Assembly (NCBI GenBank): GCA_013265495.1
Contig: MU057865.1
Location: 62,001 to 126,000, forward strand
Length of the DNA stretch: 64,000 nucleotides
Source: Vicugna vicugna
Lineage: Eukaryota
Direction of reading: 5' to 3'
Shown: positions 39,086-52,714 of the stretch, one piece after another
Numbering within the stretch: the stretch's first letter is position 1
How the letters are laid out: each line of letters starts with the position of its first letter
Notes under the pieces: model-generated
Told to the model about the DNA's origin: nothing
Database searches by the model: none
The model's input: the letters and a program-made list of their open reading frames with translations, nothing else
Program-made: the position numbers and the translations under genes

Positions 39086-39529
39086 TATTTAAAAATATTT
39101 GGTGGTGGAGAGGGGGCACTTTGAGGTTTTTTATTTAATTTATTTTTATTCTTTGAGTTTGGGGAATATGTAAGATATAATTTATTCTTGAGTAAAATTC
39201 TGAAGCTAGGTTTCTCCATTTACCATTGTCATGTATATAAACTACAGGAGTAATTTTTCTATAACCTGCCTTCTTGGAATTACAGATATATCCAGAACAT
39301 TCTTTAACATCTATATCCTGCTGGCATATGGCTCACTCATAAATGAGAGGAAGCTATGAAATGGCACAAAATACTCCATTTTACAACTACCTTTGAAAAT
39401 CTTTAATATTCAATATTTTAAAAGTACATTAGTACATGTGACAAAGTTGGAGTTTAAACTGCATCACATTATGGGCAGAATTATAGTATAATAAAGATGT
39501 ATGGAAGAACTGGACAGTGGAATAGATCT

Positions 39530-41915
39530 CTGAATCTCGTCGACATGTGTTACATTATCAGCCATGGATATAAAACACAACACGCTTAAGGATTTGGCAT
39601 GCCTTGATAATACACATGCACTCTAGAGAGTGAGGGAAGCCACACAAAGATTCAGGAACTTGCCACATTGGTGAAGTTTTTAGGGCTTAGGGATCCAGAG
39701 CATCTTGAAATATCCCCTAAAAGGAATGACCGAGTTATTGCACCTTGCAATTCCTACCACTAAGAAAGAAACAAAGTGCTTGGTGGGTCTCTGTGTTTTA
39801 GACAGCATATCCCACACTTGGGAATACTGTTCAATCCCATTTGTCGGTGAGACTGAAGACTGTATAGTTTTGTGGGGCCCAAAGAAAGAGAAAATCTATC
39901 TGTATTAGAGGGGTAAAAAAAGACATGTGCGACTCTAGCTTTAGTTCTAATAGGAAATTCAAAGCAAAAACCTCATGGTTTCTGGAGTAACATCATACCA
40001 ACCTTAGCAGAGAACTAGACACCATTCAAAAAGTAGGTCTGGCATGTTACTTGGCACTGATAGAAACTAAACATCTAACTATAGAGCATCAAGTGACCCT
40101 GAGAACAGAACTGCCCACCATAAAACTCATACTGTTAGATGCACCAAGTCATAAGTTCACATAGGCCCAGCAGCAACTCGTAAAGTAGAAATGGTACATC
40201 AGAAGTGAGGCTTGGGCAGGTCCTGAGGGCTGTTACAGTCTCATGAGACATTCCCTATGAACAGCTGATGGAGGAGGAAGAAACACAAGCTTGTTCATGG
40301 ATGAATCGGCTTGGTACAAAAAACAGACTGCTGTCTCACTTCAGCCACACTCAGGAGTGTCTTTGAAAGAGAGTGGCAAAGGGAAACCTTCTCAATGGCA
40401 GAGATCGAGGGGGAGCAGTTTGTCATTCACTTTTTGTAAAAAGTGACATGGCCCAAAATAAGGAAATGCCTGTCCTTTTGTGAAGTGGTAAATGACTTTC
40501 CTCTCTGGTCAGAAGTCTTGAAGTTGCAATTTTAGACAACTAAGCACAAGAAGGTCTGAGAAGGAGGCAAACACTGGATTGAGGAGAGTGGGCACAAAGT
40601 GTGAGAATTTTGTATTGCGTATTAATGCCCAACAGAGATTATCAGCTGCAGAACAGTTCCAAACAACCAAGCCGGAGAAGATGTGCTCATCAGAAGGTGT
40701 CAGTCAACTTCTCTCTTCAGACAAAGGGCTTGTGCAATGGAGTTAAGACCAGATTAACCAAAGTGACAGACATAGGAGCTAGGCATGGCCCATAGCATGT
40801 TGTCCCTAAGGCTGACACAGTCACTGCTAAATGTCCAGTCTCTCAACAGTAGAAGCCAATGCTGAGTCACCAGGATTATACCAACTTTCAAGTAGACCAA
40901 CCAGTATCTTGGTGGCAAGCTGAGTATATTAGACACCTTGTCTCTTGAAAGGGTAATGTTTTATCTTTACTGGCATTGCTCATATGGTAGATATGGGTTT
41001 ACCCTTTCTACCCACAGTGCCTTAGCCAGCACTACTGTCCATGTTTCCTGGGGCTGCCATGACAAGCTGACACAAACCAGTGACTTAAAACAATAAAAAT
41101 GAAAATCTATTCTTTCACAGTTCTGGAGACTAGAAGCATGAAGCCAAGGCATTGGCAAGGCTAGTTCCTTCTGGAGGCTCTGAGGGAAAATCTGTTCCAT
41201 GCTTCTGTCCTAGCTTTAGGTGGTTGCTGGCAATTTTTGGCATTCCTTGGTTTTTAGACATATTGCTTCAATCTCTGCCTCTATCTTCACGTTGCCTTTT
41301 CCTCTCTGTATTCTTCCCTTCTCTTTTCTTAGAAGAGTACTTGCCATTGGATTTAGGATCTACCCTAATCCTGTATGATGGTTTCTGCCTGTTCATTTTG
41401 GGTTCCTTATGCCAAATGGTCAGTAGGCACAAAAAGGAGTTCCCTTGCTGACAGAGGTAATTAACCCTGATCATTATAAGAGTAGAGCTGGTGTCACATA
41501 ATGGGAGCAGGAAGGAATACGTTTGACTCTCAGATGATCCATGATGATTTCATGCCCAATTGTAACTACAAGTGAGCAAGTTCAGAAACAATATTTCAAT
41601 AAAAACATGGTAACCAAAGATTAAGATGCCTCAGTGTCAAGGGCCTGGGTCATCCTACTAAGCAAGGCATGAAGACCAGAAGAAGGGGTAGCCAAAAGGT
41701 GGCGTGGGATCTTGAATGGGTGATGAAGGAGAGAGGTAAGTTACAACTTACCAATTACAAACTCAGGACCAACTTAATCCCGCTAAACACCTCTCCCTTC
41801 TATTTCAAAACAAGCTTTCCCATAAATTGTAATAAACCACAATGCTGGTGAAGCTGTGTTTGAATAAAGTGATCTTAATGTGACAAGCAAGGAAATCCAA
41901 ATCGTGCGAGGAGTG
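39530..41915 (+). mobile_element. Decayed ERVL internal region (pol remnants, ERV3-16A3/ERVL-like)
   Basis: Peptide LLHLAIPTTKKETKCLVGL and nearby HIPHLG/WGP remnants match the ERVL pol connection region; continues to a 3' LTR. Confidence 0.7.
41036..41378 (-). mobile_element. MLT1 (MaLR) LTR inserted in the ERVL internal region
   Basis: ttcacagttctggagactagaag...ccttctggaggctctgagggaaaatctgttccatgc. Confidence 0.8.
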
Positions 41916-41918
41916 TAC

Positions 41919-42338
41919 TTTATTGGAAGTTCTTGGTGCCACCAGCCGGATCCCTTTCACTAAGCTGGTGATGCGCAAAGCCCCACCCAATGCTCGTGTT
42001 GGCTGGGGACAGTTCACAGCTGCCCCCTTTCTACAAAGAATTCTCCTTGGCTAAATGGAAACTGGAGCTGTCTCATTCAAAAGGTTAATCCTTGAACCCC
42101 AGGGACAGTCAGGGGCTGATAATTAACTTACATGGTAGGTATAGAAAACCTGTCCCCTGGCCTTAAGAGGGGACCATCTCTATGGTTCAGTTTGTACTAC
42201 AGAGCTTCCCTTGGGATCAAGATAAACCTATCTTTGTCCAAGACCATTTTTCTTGCTTAGCTTTCATCTTTCGCTCTATCTTGTTTTCCTCAATCTTCTT
42301 CTGAGGACACTCAGTCAATAGAGAACAAACCTAAGACA
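41919..42338 (+). mobile_element. LTR16-like 3' LTR of the ERVL
   Basis: cagctgcccccttt...cccctggccttaagagggga...cctaagaca terminus. Confidence 0.6.
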
Positions 42339-44391
42339 TAAGCCAAGCGTAATGCAGTTTCTAAATGACTGAGAAATGGAGACTTTTAATAGTCCTATGA
42401 TGTTGGGGAGGAAAAGAAATGGTATTCAAGGCCTCTCAAGTTGGAGAAGGACCCTGATACACCTTGTGGGCTCTCACTTAGAATATCTGAAGACCTATAC
42501 ACTGAACTTCTAATCAGTTCAGTCCTTGACTGAAATAAAGTGATCTGCCACTGTCCTCTCTGTACAGAGACCAGAGTCTCTGCAGAATGAGGGATCAAGG
42601 CTGTAATTTTCTGAAGAATATGAGGAGGATCACTCTAGTGATGAGGACCGTGGGCAGCTGTGTGCCGATAAGGGGATATTTGGTCCCTGGAAGTACAGAG
42701 ATGTCTGATCTGTATGAGAAAGGTGTTTAAAGGATATAAGAAGGAATGAAGAAACATTTGCATTTTTAACAATTTTGTAAACAATTGGACATATCATTAT
42801 AAGTTTTTATAATCTTCCCCAACAAAATCTCTGCCAGAAGTAAGCAGCACCTACTCATTCTGAGGGGACTCTATTCTCAGCCATTTGTAATCTTGGTGTC
42901 TGTCCCTCCATATCCAATTCTTTTATTGTAAACCCCTTACATTAAGCTAGCACAATGCTATGCACACACAAGTTTTCTGATAAAGATTTATTGAGTAATT
43001 GAATAGATAAATGACATAGATGAATGGATACACTAATACGTGAAAATATTGATGTCCCTTCAAAATTGGCATGAATCATTCTCAATATAAATCGACAGTG
43101 ATGTCAAATCATTGCCCCACACAGAGTAAAGAAAGCGAATTCATTAAACTGATGTTCTGCTTGGATGGCGGCCATCTTCCAAATGAATGTGTCCCAACTC
43201 CCATTACGAGAGTCTGGATGGGGTGCCATGCTGTGTTTTCTGTAGGAAACAATTGTTAAGAGTGCCAAAACAGAACTGCTGTGAAACCTGATGGGACCTT
43301 AGCTTTATCCAGTTTCCAGATTGCGAAGTGATTGCTCTGGGTAACCACTGTTTCCCATTCTCATTACACTCTTTGTCATCAGAATGGATTTATGTGGTGC
43401 CATATTCTGCACAGATTACAATGTTTGTCAAGATAATGAATAGTCTGAAAACTTGAATTTCCAATACAGTCAGTGAATTATGAAAATGTATCTTAAAATG
43501 ATTCCTCATTGTGTTCACTTACCCAGCAGGCTCAACTCTCCCATTTCTCAAAAGCCTGTTGCCAGAAAGAGGTCTGAGAGGTCAGCGAAGCAAAAATTAG
43601 AATATTGAAAAGGTCGGAGTGGCATGGCTACTTCTTTAATTCATGCCACATAGTAGACATTAAAATTCTCGGTTCTTGTTCTGATGACAAATGAGAATAG
43701 AAAAACAGCATAAAATTAATCGGCAACTCTTTTTAAGGTGACAAATGGCTATTAATTTCCTTGGTATCCATTACAATAACATTAATCATGGAAAAATCTT
43801 TGAAATGTGGAAGTAGCTGTTATATGCTGTTCCATAGGAATTCGGTGGTAATTTAGCGTTCATTAATGTCCATTTACAACGGAATGTTACTATATTAATC
43901 CACTTTTCTGTGAAAAAACCTGTAATAGGCAAAAGAAATAAAGTCTGTTTCCTCTGTAGATGTCCCATTTCAAATGTGATGTCAACTTACATCTTTAGTG
44001 AAGACTAAAATTGTAAGTGGTCTCCTGATTCTTATGGCCAGCCTCTTGAGTTCAAGGTTCAAAGAATATGAGACATTAGGATGACGCTGGGTACCAAGGA
44101 GAATAACACATTTTTTAAAAAATGTATGTCACTAAACAGTGACATAAAAACTTTATGATCTAAAGTGACACAAACAATGTAAACAAAGTGAATTTTTGCA
44201 CTAGCTGCATGTTACTGTAGCCGATTCAGTGACAGTAAATGTAGAATTCAATCTTCTTAGATGTAGGTAGCTATTCCATGCATCAATCCCTAACCTTAAT
44301 CCTGGTTTGTTATCTCGTTGCAATTAGTTAAAGTGGAAGGACAATATCCATTCTGGTTATAAGGAATAAATGGAAAATATTAAAAATACAA

Positions 44392-45760
44392 AATACAGAT
44401 TCAATGCAATCTCTATCAAAATTCCAAAAATATTTTTTGCAGAAATAGGACAGTCTTAAAATTTGTATAAAAATTTCATGAAATCACAAAGCACCCCAAA
44501 TAGCCAAAGCAGTCTTGTGAAAGAAGAACAAAGCTGAGAGCATCAAGCTCCCTGATTTCAAACTATATTACAAAGCTATAGTAATCAAAACGGTACAGTG
44601 TTGGCATAAAAACAGACACATAGATCAATGGAACAAAATAGAGTGCCCAGAAATTAACCCACACACGATCAATTAATTTATGACACAGGAGTCAGGAACA
44701 TACAATGGGGAAAGGATAGTTTCTTCAGTAAGTGATGGTAGGAAAATAGGATACTCACATGCAAAAGAATGAAAGTGGACTGCTATCTTACAATGTACAC
44801 AAAAATTAACTCAAAATGAATTAAAGACTTGAACCTAAGACCTGAACCATAAAACCCCTAGAAGAAAACATAGGTGGTAAGTTCTTTGACATAGGTCTTG
44901 GTAATTTTTTGTTTTAATCTGACACCAAAAGCACAAACAACGAAAGCAAAAATAAACAAATGGGACCCCATCAAACTAAAAAGTTTCCAAAAAGGAAACC
45001 ATCCACAAAATGAAAAGGTAATCTACTGGAGTGAGATAAAATATCTGCAAATCATATCTGATAAGGGGTTAATTTCTAAAATGTATAAAGACCTCAACAG
45101 CAAAAAAAGACAAATAATCAAATCTAAAAATGAGCAAAAGATCTGAGTAGATATGTTTCCAAAAAAGAAATAGATGGCCAACAGATACGTGAAAAGATGC
45201 TCTCCATCATTAATCATCAGGGAAACAGAAATCAAAACACAATGAAATAGCACCTGTTAGAATGGCTATTATCAAAAAGACAAGAAGTAACAAGTTTGGG
45301 TGGGTTTTGGAGGAAAGGGAATTCTCGGTGGGAATGCAGATTGGTGCACTGACGGGGGGGAAACAGTACAGAAGCTCCTCAAAAACTAAAAAATAAAACT
45401 ATCATATGATCCAGTAATTCTACTTCTGAGCATTTCTTTGAAGAAAACCAAGAAACCCCCATATTCACTGCAGTGTTATTTACAACAGCCAAGGTTTGGA
45501 ATCAACTTCTGTCCCGTGATGGATGAACGGATAAAAAATTGTGATATTATTCAGCCATAAAAAAAATTGTGGAATCTTGCCATTTGCAGCAACACGTATG
45601 GACCTTGAGAGCTTTATGCTAAGTGGAATTAGGTCAAACAGAAAACAATAAATACTATATGATGTCATATGTGAAATCTTAAAAGCAAAAGGTTACAAAA
45701 AAAGTTCATAGGTACAGAGAACAGATTGGTGATTGCAAGGGGTGTGAGTAGGAGAAACGG
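44392..45760 (+). mobile_element. 5'-truncated LINE-1 (L1MA9-like)
   Basis: ORF2 C-terminal sequence (tacagattcaatgcaatc...cctgatttcaaactatattacaaagc) through the 3'UTR. Confidence 0.85.
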
Positions 45761-45984
45761 GCTAACTGGTTTTGTTTTTGTTTTTGTTTATTTTTAATTT
45801 AAGTAATTTGAGGGGAAAGGTAATCACTACAGTGTAGTAATTGGATAAAGCTAAAACAAAAGCCCTTCAGATTTCACAGTCATCGTTTATTTACCTTGAA
45901 TCCAATTCCATTTAGAAAAAAAAAAAACTAACTTCTTCATAACGCTAATAATATCATCTCATCCTTACGGACAACAATAGTAAT

Positions 45985-46190
45985 AATAATATCATTAACT
46001 AATACTCCATGCTAGGCAGTTGTAAGAAACACGCACTGACTAATTTAGTCCTCTCGATAACCTCAGGGAATGACGTTATCATCATCTCTGCTTTATACAG
46101 GTGAGGAGAGGAGCGCAGGGCACACAGCTACAGTAACTTGGCTGAGCTAGAATTTGGAAACTGTCGGTCTGAAACAGGACCCACCCTCCG
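45985..46190 (-). mobile_element. MIR SINE
   Basis: ttatcatcatctctgctttatacaggtgagga core. Confidence 0.5.
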
Positions 46191-46347
46191 AGGAATTTCA
46201 CTTCAGCTGCCTCCTATCCTGCCAAGTACGCTGTCTGGAAGAACAGTAAGATGGCAGAGTGAAAGAATAGGACTGGAGCTTAGGAACTTTTTAAAAACGG
46301 CAGCTCAGTTTCCAAGGATTCAGACAAAACAAGAAATTTTTCATTTT

Positions 46348-46496
46348 TTTAAGTTTATTCATTTATTTTTTGGTGGGGGAAATAATCAGGTTTATTTAGT
46401 ATTTATTTATTCTTAGAGGAGGTACTGGGGATTGAACCCAGGGTCTCATACATGCTGAGCATGCGTTCTGCCATTTGAGCTATACCCTCCCCACTG
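46348..46496 (-). mobile_element. Camelid tRNA-derived SINE (vic-1-like)
   Basis: ggaggtactggggattgaacccaggg...tgagctataccctcccc; TSD gaaatttttcatttt / gaaatctgtcatttt. Confidence 0.85.
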
Positions 46497-47392
46497 GAAA
46501 TCTGTCATTTTAAATCAGTGATTTCCCCCACCCAACTCCCCCCAAAAAAAAGTGTGCTGCAAAGGTACCAGGAGATGCTGATTCCTTCAGCCCTGGGGCA
46601 GGCAGGTGAGCCCTAGTGGAGCCAAAACAAAGAGGTCAGTTGTGACTACAGTCTGCCTCTTCTAGGCTCCTGGAATGGAGATTTGCAGGGTCTCAAGTCC
46701 CACCCAGCCCCAAGGCCACTGGCAAAGATGGTGATGGCTGTCCTGGGCTGCTGTGTGCCCTGTTGGGCTGAAGGCACATGGGAGATGCTGCACTATCTGG
46801 AAACGTACCTTAGAAACCAGTTGGAAAGCACAGCGTTGCTGTTGAAATGGAGGAGACAGTCAACAGAGCTACTAGAAATGTCATATTCCGCACAGACAAG
46901 GAGTACTTAGGTCTGTAACCCAAGCCACTTGGGGGTGAGTTGAGGGGCCCAGTGCAAGTACCCGGCATTCAAACCACAGACAGCGCCCTGAATCCTCATC
47001 TTGATCTATGTTGAAACTTCTGTCAATTTGCAGCTCATGTGCCCTTTTATTAGCATTCAAGCTATCTGCAGGGTGACAGCTCGAACAACTCATGCACGTT
47101 CTGCAAATTAGAACGCCATCATTATTTCTAAATACCCAATATGAAAAAAAATTCAATTGGATTTGAATCTTTTCACATTGTCACGAAAAATGTCAACATC
47201 AGTCCGTGGAAGAAAAAGGAAAAGCTGTTAGATCCTTAAACGTAATTTTGACTGTTGCAAATTGTAGAAAACCTGCAAAAACTGCTTTAAGGATTTCTGT
47301 GAAACCATTTGTGAAGTAAAATTGTTTTGGTGATGAAGACAATCCACAATTTGAAGATTCTGAAAACTTTGTATCAGAAATTGTGTGTAGTC

Positions 47393-48129
47393 TTAATTAT
47401 CAGAGAAATGCAAATCAAAACTACAATGAGGTATCACCTCACACCAGTCAGAATGGCCGTCATTCAAAAGTCCACAAATGACAAATGCTGGAGAGGCTGT
47501 GGAGAAAGAGGAACCTTCCTACACTGCTGTGCTGATGCACCCCAATGTTCATAGCAGCACTATTTACAATAGCCAAAACATGGAAACAGCCTAAATGTCC
47601 ATCAACAGATGACTGGATAAAGAAGAAGTGGTATATTTATACAATGGAATACTACTCAGTCATAAAAACTGACAACATAACACCATTTGCAGCAACATGG
47701 ATGCTCCTGGAGAATGTCATTCTAAGTGAAGTAAGCCAGAAAGAGAAAGAAAAATACCCTATGAGATCGCTCATATGTGGAATCTAAACAAACAAACAAA
47801 CAAAACAAAGCATAAATACAAACCAGAAATAGACTCATAGACTTAGAATACAAATTTGTGGTTGCCAAGGGGGCAGAGGGTGGGAAGGGATAGATGGGAT
47901 TTCAAAATTGTAGAATAGATAAACAAGATTATACTGTACAGCACAGGGAAATATATACAAGATCTTATGGTAGCTCACAGAGAAAGGAATGTGACAATGA
48001 ATTTATATATGTTCATGTATAATTGAAAAATTGTGCTCTACACTGGAATTTGACACAACATTGTAAAATGATTATAAATCAATAAAAATGTTAAAAAAAG
48101 ATAAAGTTGCAGCATAAAAAAAGGAAAAA
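47393..48129 (+). mobile_element. Young camelid L1 3' fragment with internal deletion
   Basis: Perfect 15-bp TSD AAATTGTGTGTAGTC (47378-47392, 48130-48144); peptide [27 protein letters not shown]. Confidence 0.92.
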
Positions 48130-49684
48130 AAATTGTGTGTAGTCATTTCAAGCATTCACCTTTGGATTAAAAAGTTATGTTTGTGGAAGAATGCTGAGAT
48201 TTATCAATAAAAATAAATAAAAGAGAATTTTATCTGGAATTTTAGAAATATTTAGTATTTACTATATTCTTTTATTTGTATATTTATTGTTCTTAGAATT
48301 ACATAATGTACAGAAAACGTAATGACTGTTTTCACCATTTATAAAAACATCCCCCCGTGTCCCCTTCAGCGTACTGCCGAATGCCATGCAATTATTCTCA
48401 GGAAAGGGTCAGCTCCAGAAGGTACTTAGGTGTGAAAACACAGCAGGTGCAAGGCCACAACAACCCCAAGCAAAATCACGCCAGGAAGAAACGAGCTTTC
48501 AAGTCACCCCTGACTTCCCGATGTTTTAAAATATTTATCATGCCCATGAAGACTTTATTAAAGTGATGAATTCTCACAAGATTAAAAAGTAAACTCAGCA
48601 GAGAATAGGGAATCAGGTTTTGAACTTGACAGACCAGGGAATGCTGCCTGGAGCCTGACAAATCTTCCTCTTTGAAGATGCCAGTTATGCACCTGCAAGT
48701 CCCTGGCCCCGGCACAGGGGGAAAGGCATTTGTTTTCATCCTGATTCCAACATCCCTGCCTTCCTAGAGATGGGTCTTGCATCTCCAGCACCACATCTTA
48801 TCCCTTTAGAATCAAAACCAATTAGCATGTGTTCTGGGGCTGCCCACTGAGCCCTGGAGGCTGACTTACATCGCCTTTGGTCCTTCCCAACCTCCTTGGT
48901 GCTCCTGCCTCCCATTCCTCCCTCCCCTGTGTGGGCAGAGGTGACTGCTGATGGCAGAGTCTTCTGGATTGAGAGCTCCTGGCAAAAGGGCTTTTGTTAG
49001 TTTGTTTTGCATAATGCTTAGGAGAAAAATCAGTCTGTGTACAAACCCAGTTTCCCACAAGGTAAGCAGGTGCTAACAGTGGATATCCAAGGGGCCGAGG
49101 TAGTTTGCTAGACTTCAGCTGCAAAGGCCATTCTAATAATCTCCCCATTAAAAGGGAAAGATCCTGAGGGTGAGATCTCTTTCCTAGAACAAAACTCCAT
49201 GGGAAGCCTAGGTATGCCTGGCTGAAACATCTCATTCTTCCAAGAGAATGCGGCCCCCTGTCACATCAGGGTCACTGCTGAGACTGATCTGAACCCTTTG
49301 CACAAACCGCCCCCCCCCAAACAACCATGTATATGTTTTTTTTAAGTTGGTGAATTGGCAAAGATTAGGAGGAAAAAAGTTTATAAAGAGATGCCAAAGA
49401 CATGAAGAATATTTCACATTACCAGAAATGCAAAAAGGAAAATAAAAATATGACGTGATAACATTTTGTATCAAAGTTAACAATCACAGAATAAATAATT
49501 TAATTCTTAGAATCCAGTGTTAGGCCTTGCCTACCCTACTGTAATCTTGGGAGATTAGGGCAACTTCTTTGGAATGCAGTATGAATATACAGAACTTGAC
49601 TCATATCAAGATGCCCGCTTTTTTACCTAATAGTTTCTGGAAATTTATATTGAGGAAATAATAATTTTAAAAATAGTCATTGCA

Positions 49685-50294
49685 GTGGGGAGGATATAGC
49701 TCAAGTGGTAGAATGCCTGCTTAGTATGCATTAGGTCCTGGGTTCAATCCCCAGTACCTCCATTGAAAAAAAAAAAAAAAGAAAAAACATTTGCAGCAAC
49801 ATGGATGTCCCTGGGGAATGTCATTCTAAGTGAAGTAAGCCAGAAAGAGAAAGAAAAATACCATACGAGATCACTCATATGTGGAATCTAGAAAAAAAAA
49901 GAAGAAGAAGAAAGAAAAGAAAAAGACAAATGAACATAAATACAGAAAAAAACAGAAACAGACTCATAGACAGAATACAAACTTGTGGTTGCCAGGGGGA
50001 AAGGGGTGGAAAGGGACAGACTGGGAGTTCGACATTTGTAGATACTGACAGGCATATGCAGAATAGATAAACAAGATTATGCTGTATAGCACCGGGAAAT
50101 ATATACAAGATCTTGTGGTAGCTCACAGCAAAAAAGAATGTGACAATGAATATACATATGTTCATGTATGACTGAAAAATTGTGCTCTACACTGGAAATT
50201 GACACAACATTGCAAACTGACTACAACTCAATAAAATTAAAAAAAAGGAAAAACTACTAATAAATAAATAAATAGACATAATAATCTCCACCCC
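49685..50294 (+). mobile_element. Camelid SINE split by an L1 insertion
   Basis: SINE head 49687-49765; SINE 3' part ~50255-50294; TSD AAAAATAGTCATTGCA / AAAAATAGCAATTGCA. Confidence 0.8.
49788..50246 (+). mobile_element. Young camelid L1 3' end nested in the SINE A-tract
   Basis: catttgcagcaacatggatg...gacacaacattg...tcaataaa, homologous to 47684-48090. Confidence 0.88.
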
Positions 50295-50898
50295 AAAAAT
50301 AGCAATTGCACACTGTCTAAACTATATATTTTTAAATAATTGAATAAACCATTAAACCCAATATACAATTTTTAAAATAATGGCAGTGAACTCTATGAAA
50401 CTACAAAGAAAAATGTTCATAACATATTGTTAACTAAAAAATTCAGATCCAGAAATGTATAATTCCTATTACCATAGCTCCATAAAATATGGATGCATAC
50501 TAATAAAAAATGAAAGAAAATAATATGAAATAAAACCAGCTATTCTGTTAGAGTTATAAATTGAGATAATTTACGTCTTTTTAAAATCCGTTGAACCCTA
50601 CTTATGCTTGTGCAATAAAAATACACTTGGCTAGACAATTAGATCTTCAGCATTATTGCAAATTCTGTAAACAACAAAATACATCTTATTTCACCACACT
50701 AAAAAAGATAGTGAAATCAAAAAGTATTTTGTTTAAATACTTCGAAATTATATGATGCTAGCCAAGCCACGTAAAGGCCCAGAAAGGTTATTTCTTCGTT
50801 TACAAAATGGATATGATCATTCTTGTCACGTCCCATCTTACAGATTTTTTTTTACCACTCAAAGGAGGTGATACATGTAAAAGTGCTTATTAATCATA

Positions 50899-51060
50899 TT
50901 GTTTTAGACCAATTAGGCTGCTATCACAAAATATCATAAACTAGGTGACTTATAAACAAAAACAAAAAAAAATCTTTCTTATAGTTTCAAAGGCTGAGAA
51001 GTCCAAGACAGGATGCCAGTCCTAAGATGGTGACTGGGATGGCAGATCGCACCAACTTCT
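50899..51060 (-). mobile_element. MLT1 LTR fragment
   Basis: ggctgctatcacaaaatatcataaactaggtgacttataaacaa...aggctgagaagtccaaga. Confidence 0.6.
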
Positions 51061-52714
51061 TTCTAAGATGGAAGATGATCTTCTCAGTCAGTGAGCTTGC
51101 AGTAAAAGTCACTGTTCTTGATCACAGCCTAGCTTAAACCGTGAGCTGTGAAATGGACCAACGTAGGACTTCCTGTGCGTGCCGGTGTGTACGCGCGTTT
51201 TTGTGCTTGTGGGTGAATGGTTAGCAGAAGACACTAAAGACTGACAACACCAGCCACCAACTTAGAACTTAATTACAATCAGAGAAAAATTTTTGTGTGT
51301 GTGAAATGCACTGGAAAAGCAGTGCAGTGGGCTTGCAAATACCTTGTGGAAATGAGTGTAGCCATCATCTTAAAGATCATGTCAGCAAGATAGCACATAT
51401 GAAAGAAAGAAATAAAATCATCCATCTCTTAGAGGAAAAAGCAAACAAGCAAACTCCACAAGCAATCCATGAAACTTCCATTTGGGAGATTAACTGTACT
51501 TGTATTAATGCCTCCTCCACATCCGTAGGGTGAGCATCATCAGAATGTAAATACCATTAGAAGTCTCACATTTATCATTAGAAGATGAAGTACCGCCCAT
51601 AGCAGAAAAAAATTCCTTCAAAGTGCTAAAGATGGGCTCCCATGACCTCAAATAAGGCTTCCAGCTCAATATCCAATAATTCAATGATTTGTGTATTTTT
51701 GATTATCCTTCTTTTCTGAAAAAGGTATGCATTGTAGTCATGGTCATTCCAGACTACAGGAAGCTGCCTCAATGTGCATAAGGACTGAGACAAAGATATG
51801 ATAAAAAATGGACACAAGAGGATAGGGAAATTGGGTTATTTTTTCTTTCAGATCAGTTTTGTGCCTAAGCATGCACCTTCTTTCACAATAGCTGTGTGAG
51901 TCTGTGTCTTTATTGCATTTATTAGAGTAAAAAGTACCTTAAATGCATCCTATACTATGTACAGCTGATGCAAGACCTAGAACCAAAATTTTCCTAAGAG
52001 AAGAGTACCGTGGACACTTACAGAATAGATAAGTAGCTGAAATGGCAGGACAACTATGCTAGGTTTCCATATTTGGAAGGAAATATAAGTCCATTCCTGT
52101 TTAATAGTTACCACCTTCACAAATTTCCCTCCATAAAAATTCTCCTTGTAAATTAGATATTTATTAAGTAAATGCTATTTTTATTGATTTGTATGATAAT
52201 TTCAGAATGCTATCATCTATTTATTTATAATAAATCTCCAATGGAAAAAAATAACTTTTAATAATTTATTATGCTCTAATTCTATGTCTCAGTCTTGAAG
52301 CCTCACCATTAAGTTTTAACAGTTTATAAAAGCTGAGTGTCAAGGATGAGTACAGAAAGTTGAAACTATAATCAATTGTCAAAACAAAGTAATAAGGTAG
52401 AAAAAACAATAATTTTGTGTTTGGATACTGGTTCGTGTACCAATGTGATCTAAATTTTCTCAGCTTCAATTTCCTCATCTAGAAAGTAAGAAGGTACCTG
52501 TAAGGTCGGATTTGATTGGGATGAGAATTAGATTTAAATGTTATACCAAATAGCCTGCCACACAGCAGGTGTTCACTAAATGAAGATTGCTTTCCTCCAG
52601 TCACTGGATTACAGAGTGTAATTATGTTTGTACAACCCCAGTATTCTAGAGAAGGTGAAGAAGGAAAAACAGAAATTATTTCAGACCTGCCACCTTCCAG
52701 CTCTTAGCTTCCAC

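Noticed and set aside
46515..48320. Possible hAT-Charlie remnant around the L1 at 47393
   Set aside because: Resemblance too weak to assign a family or boundaries by eye.
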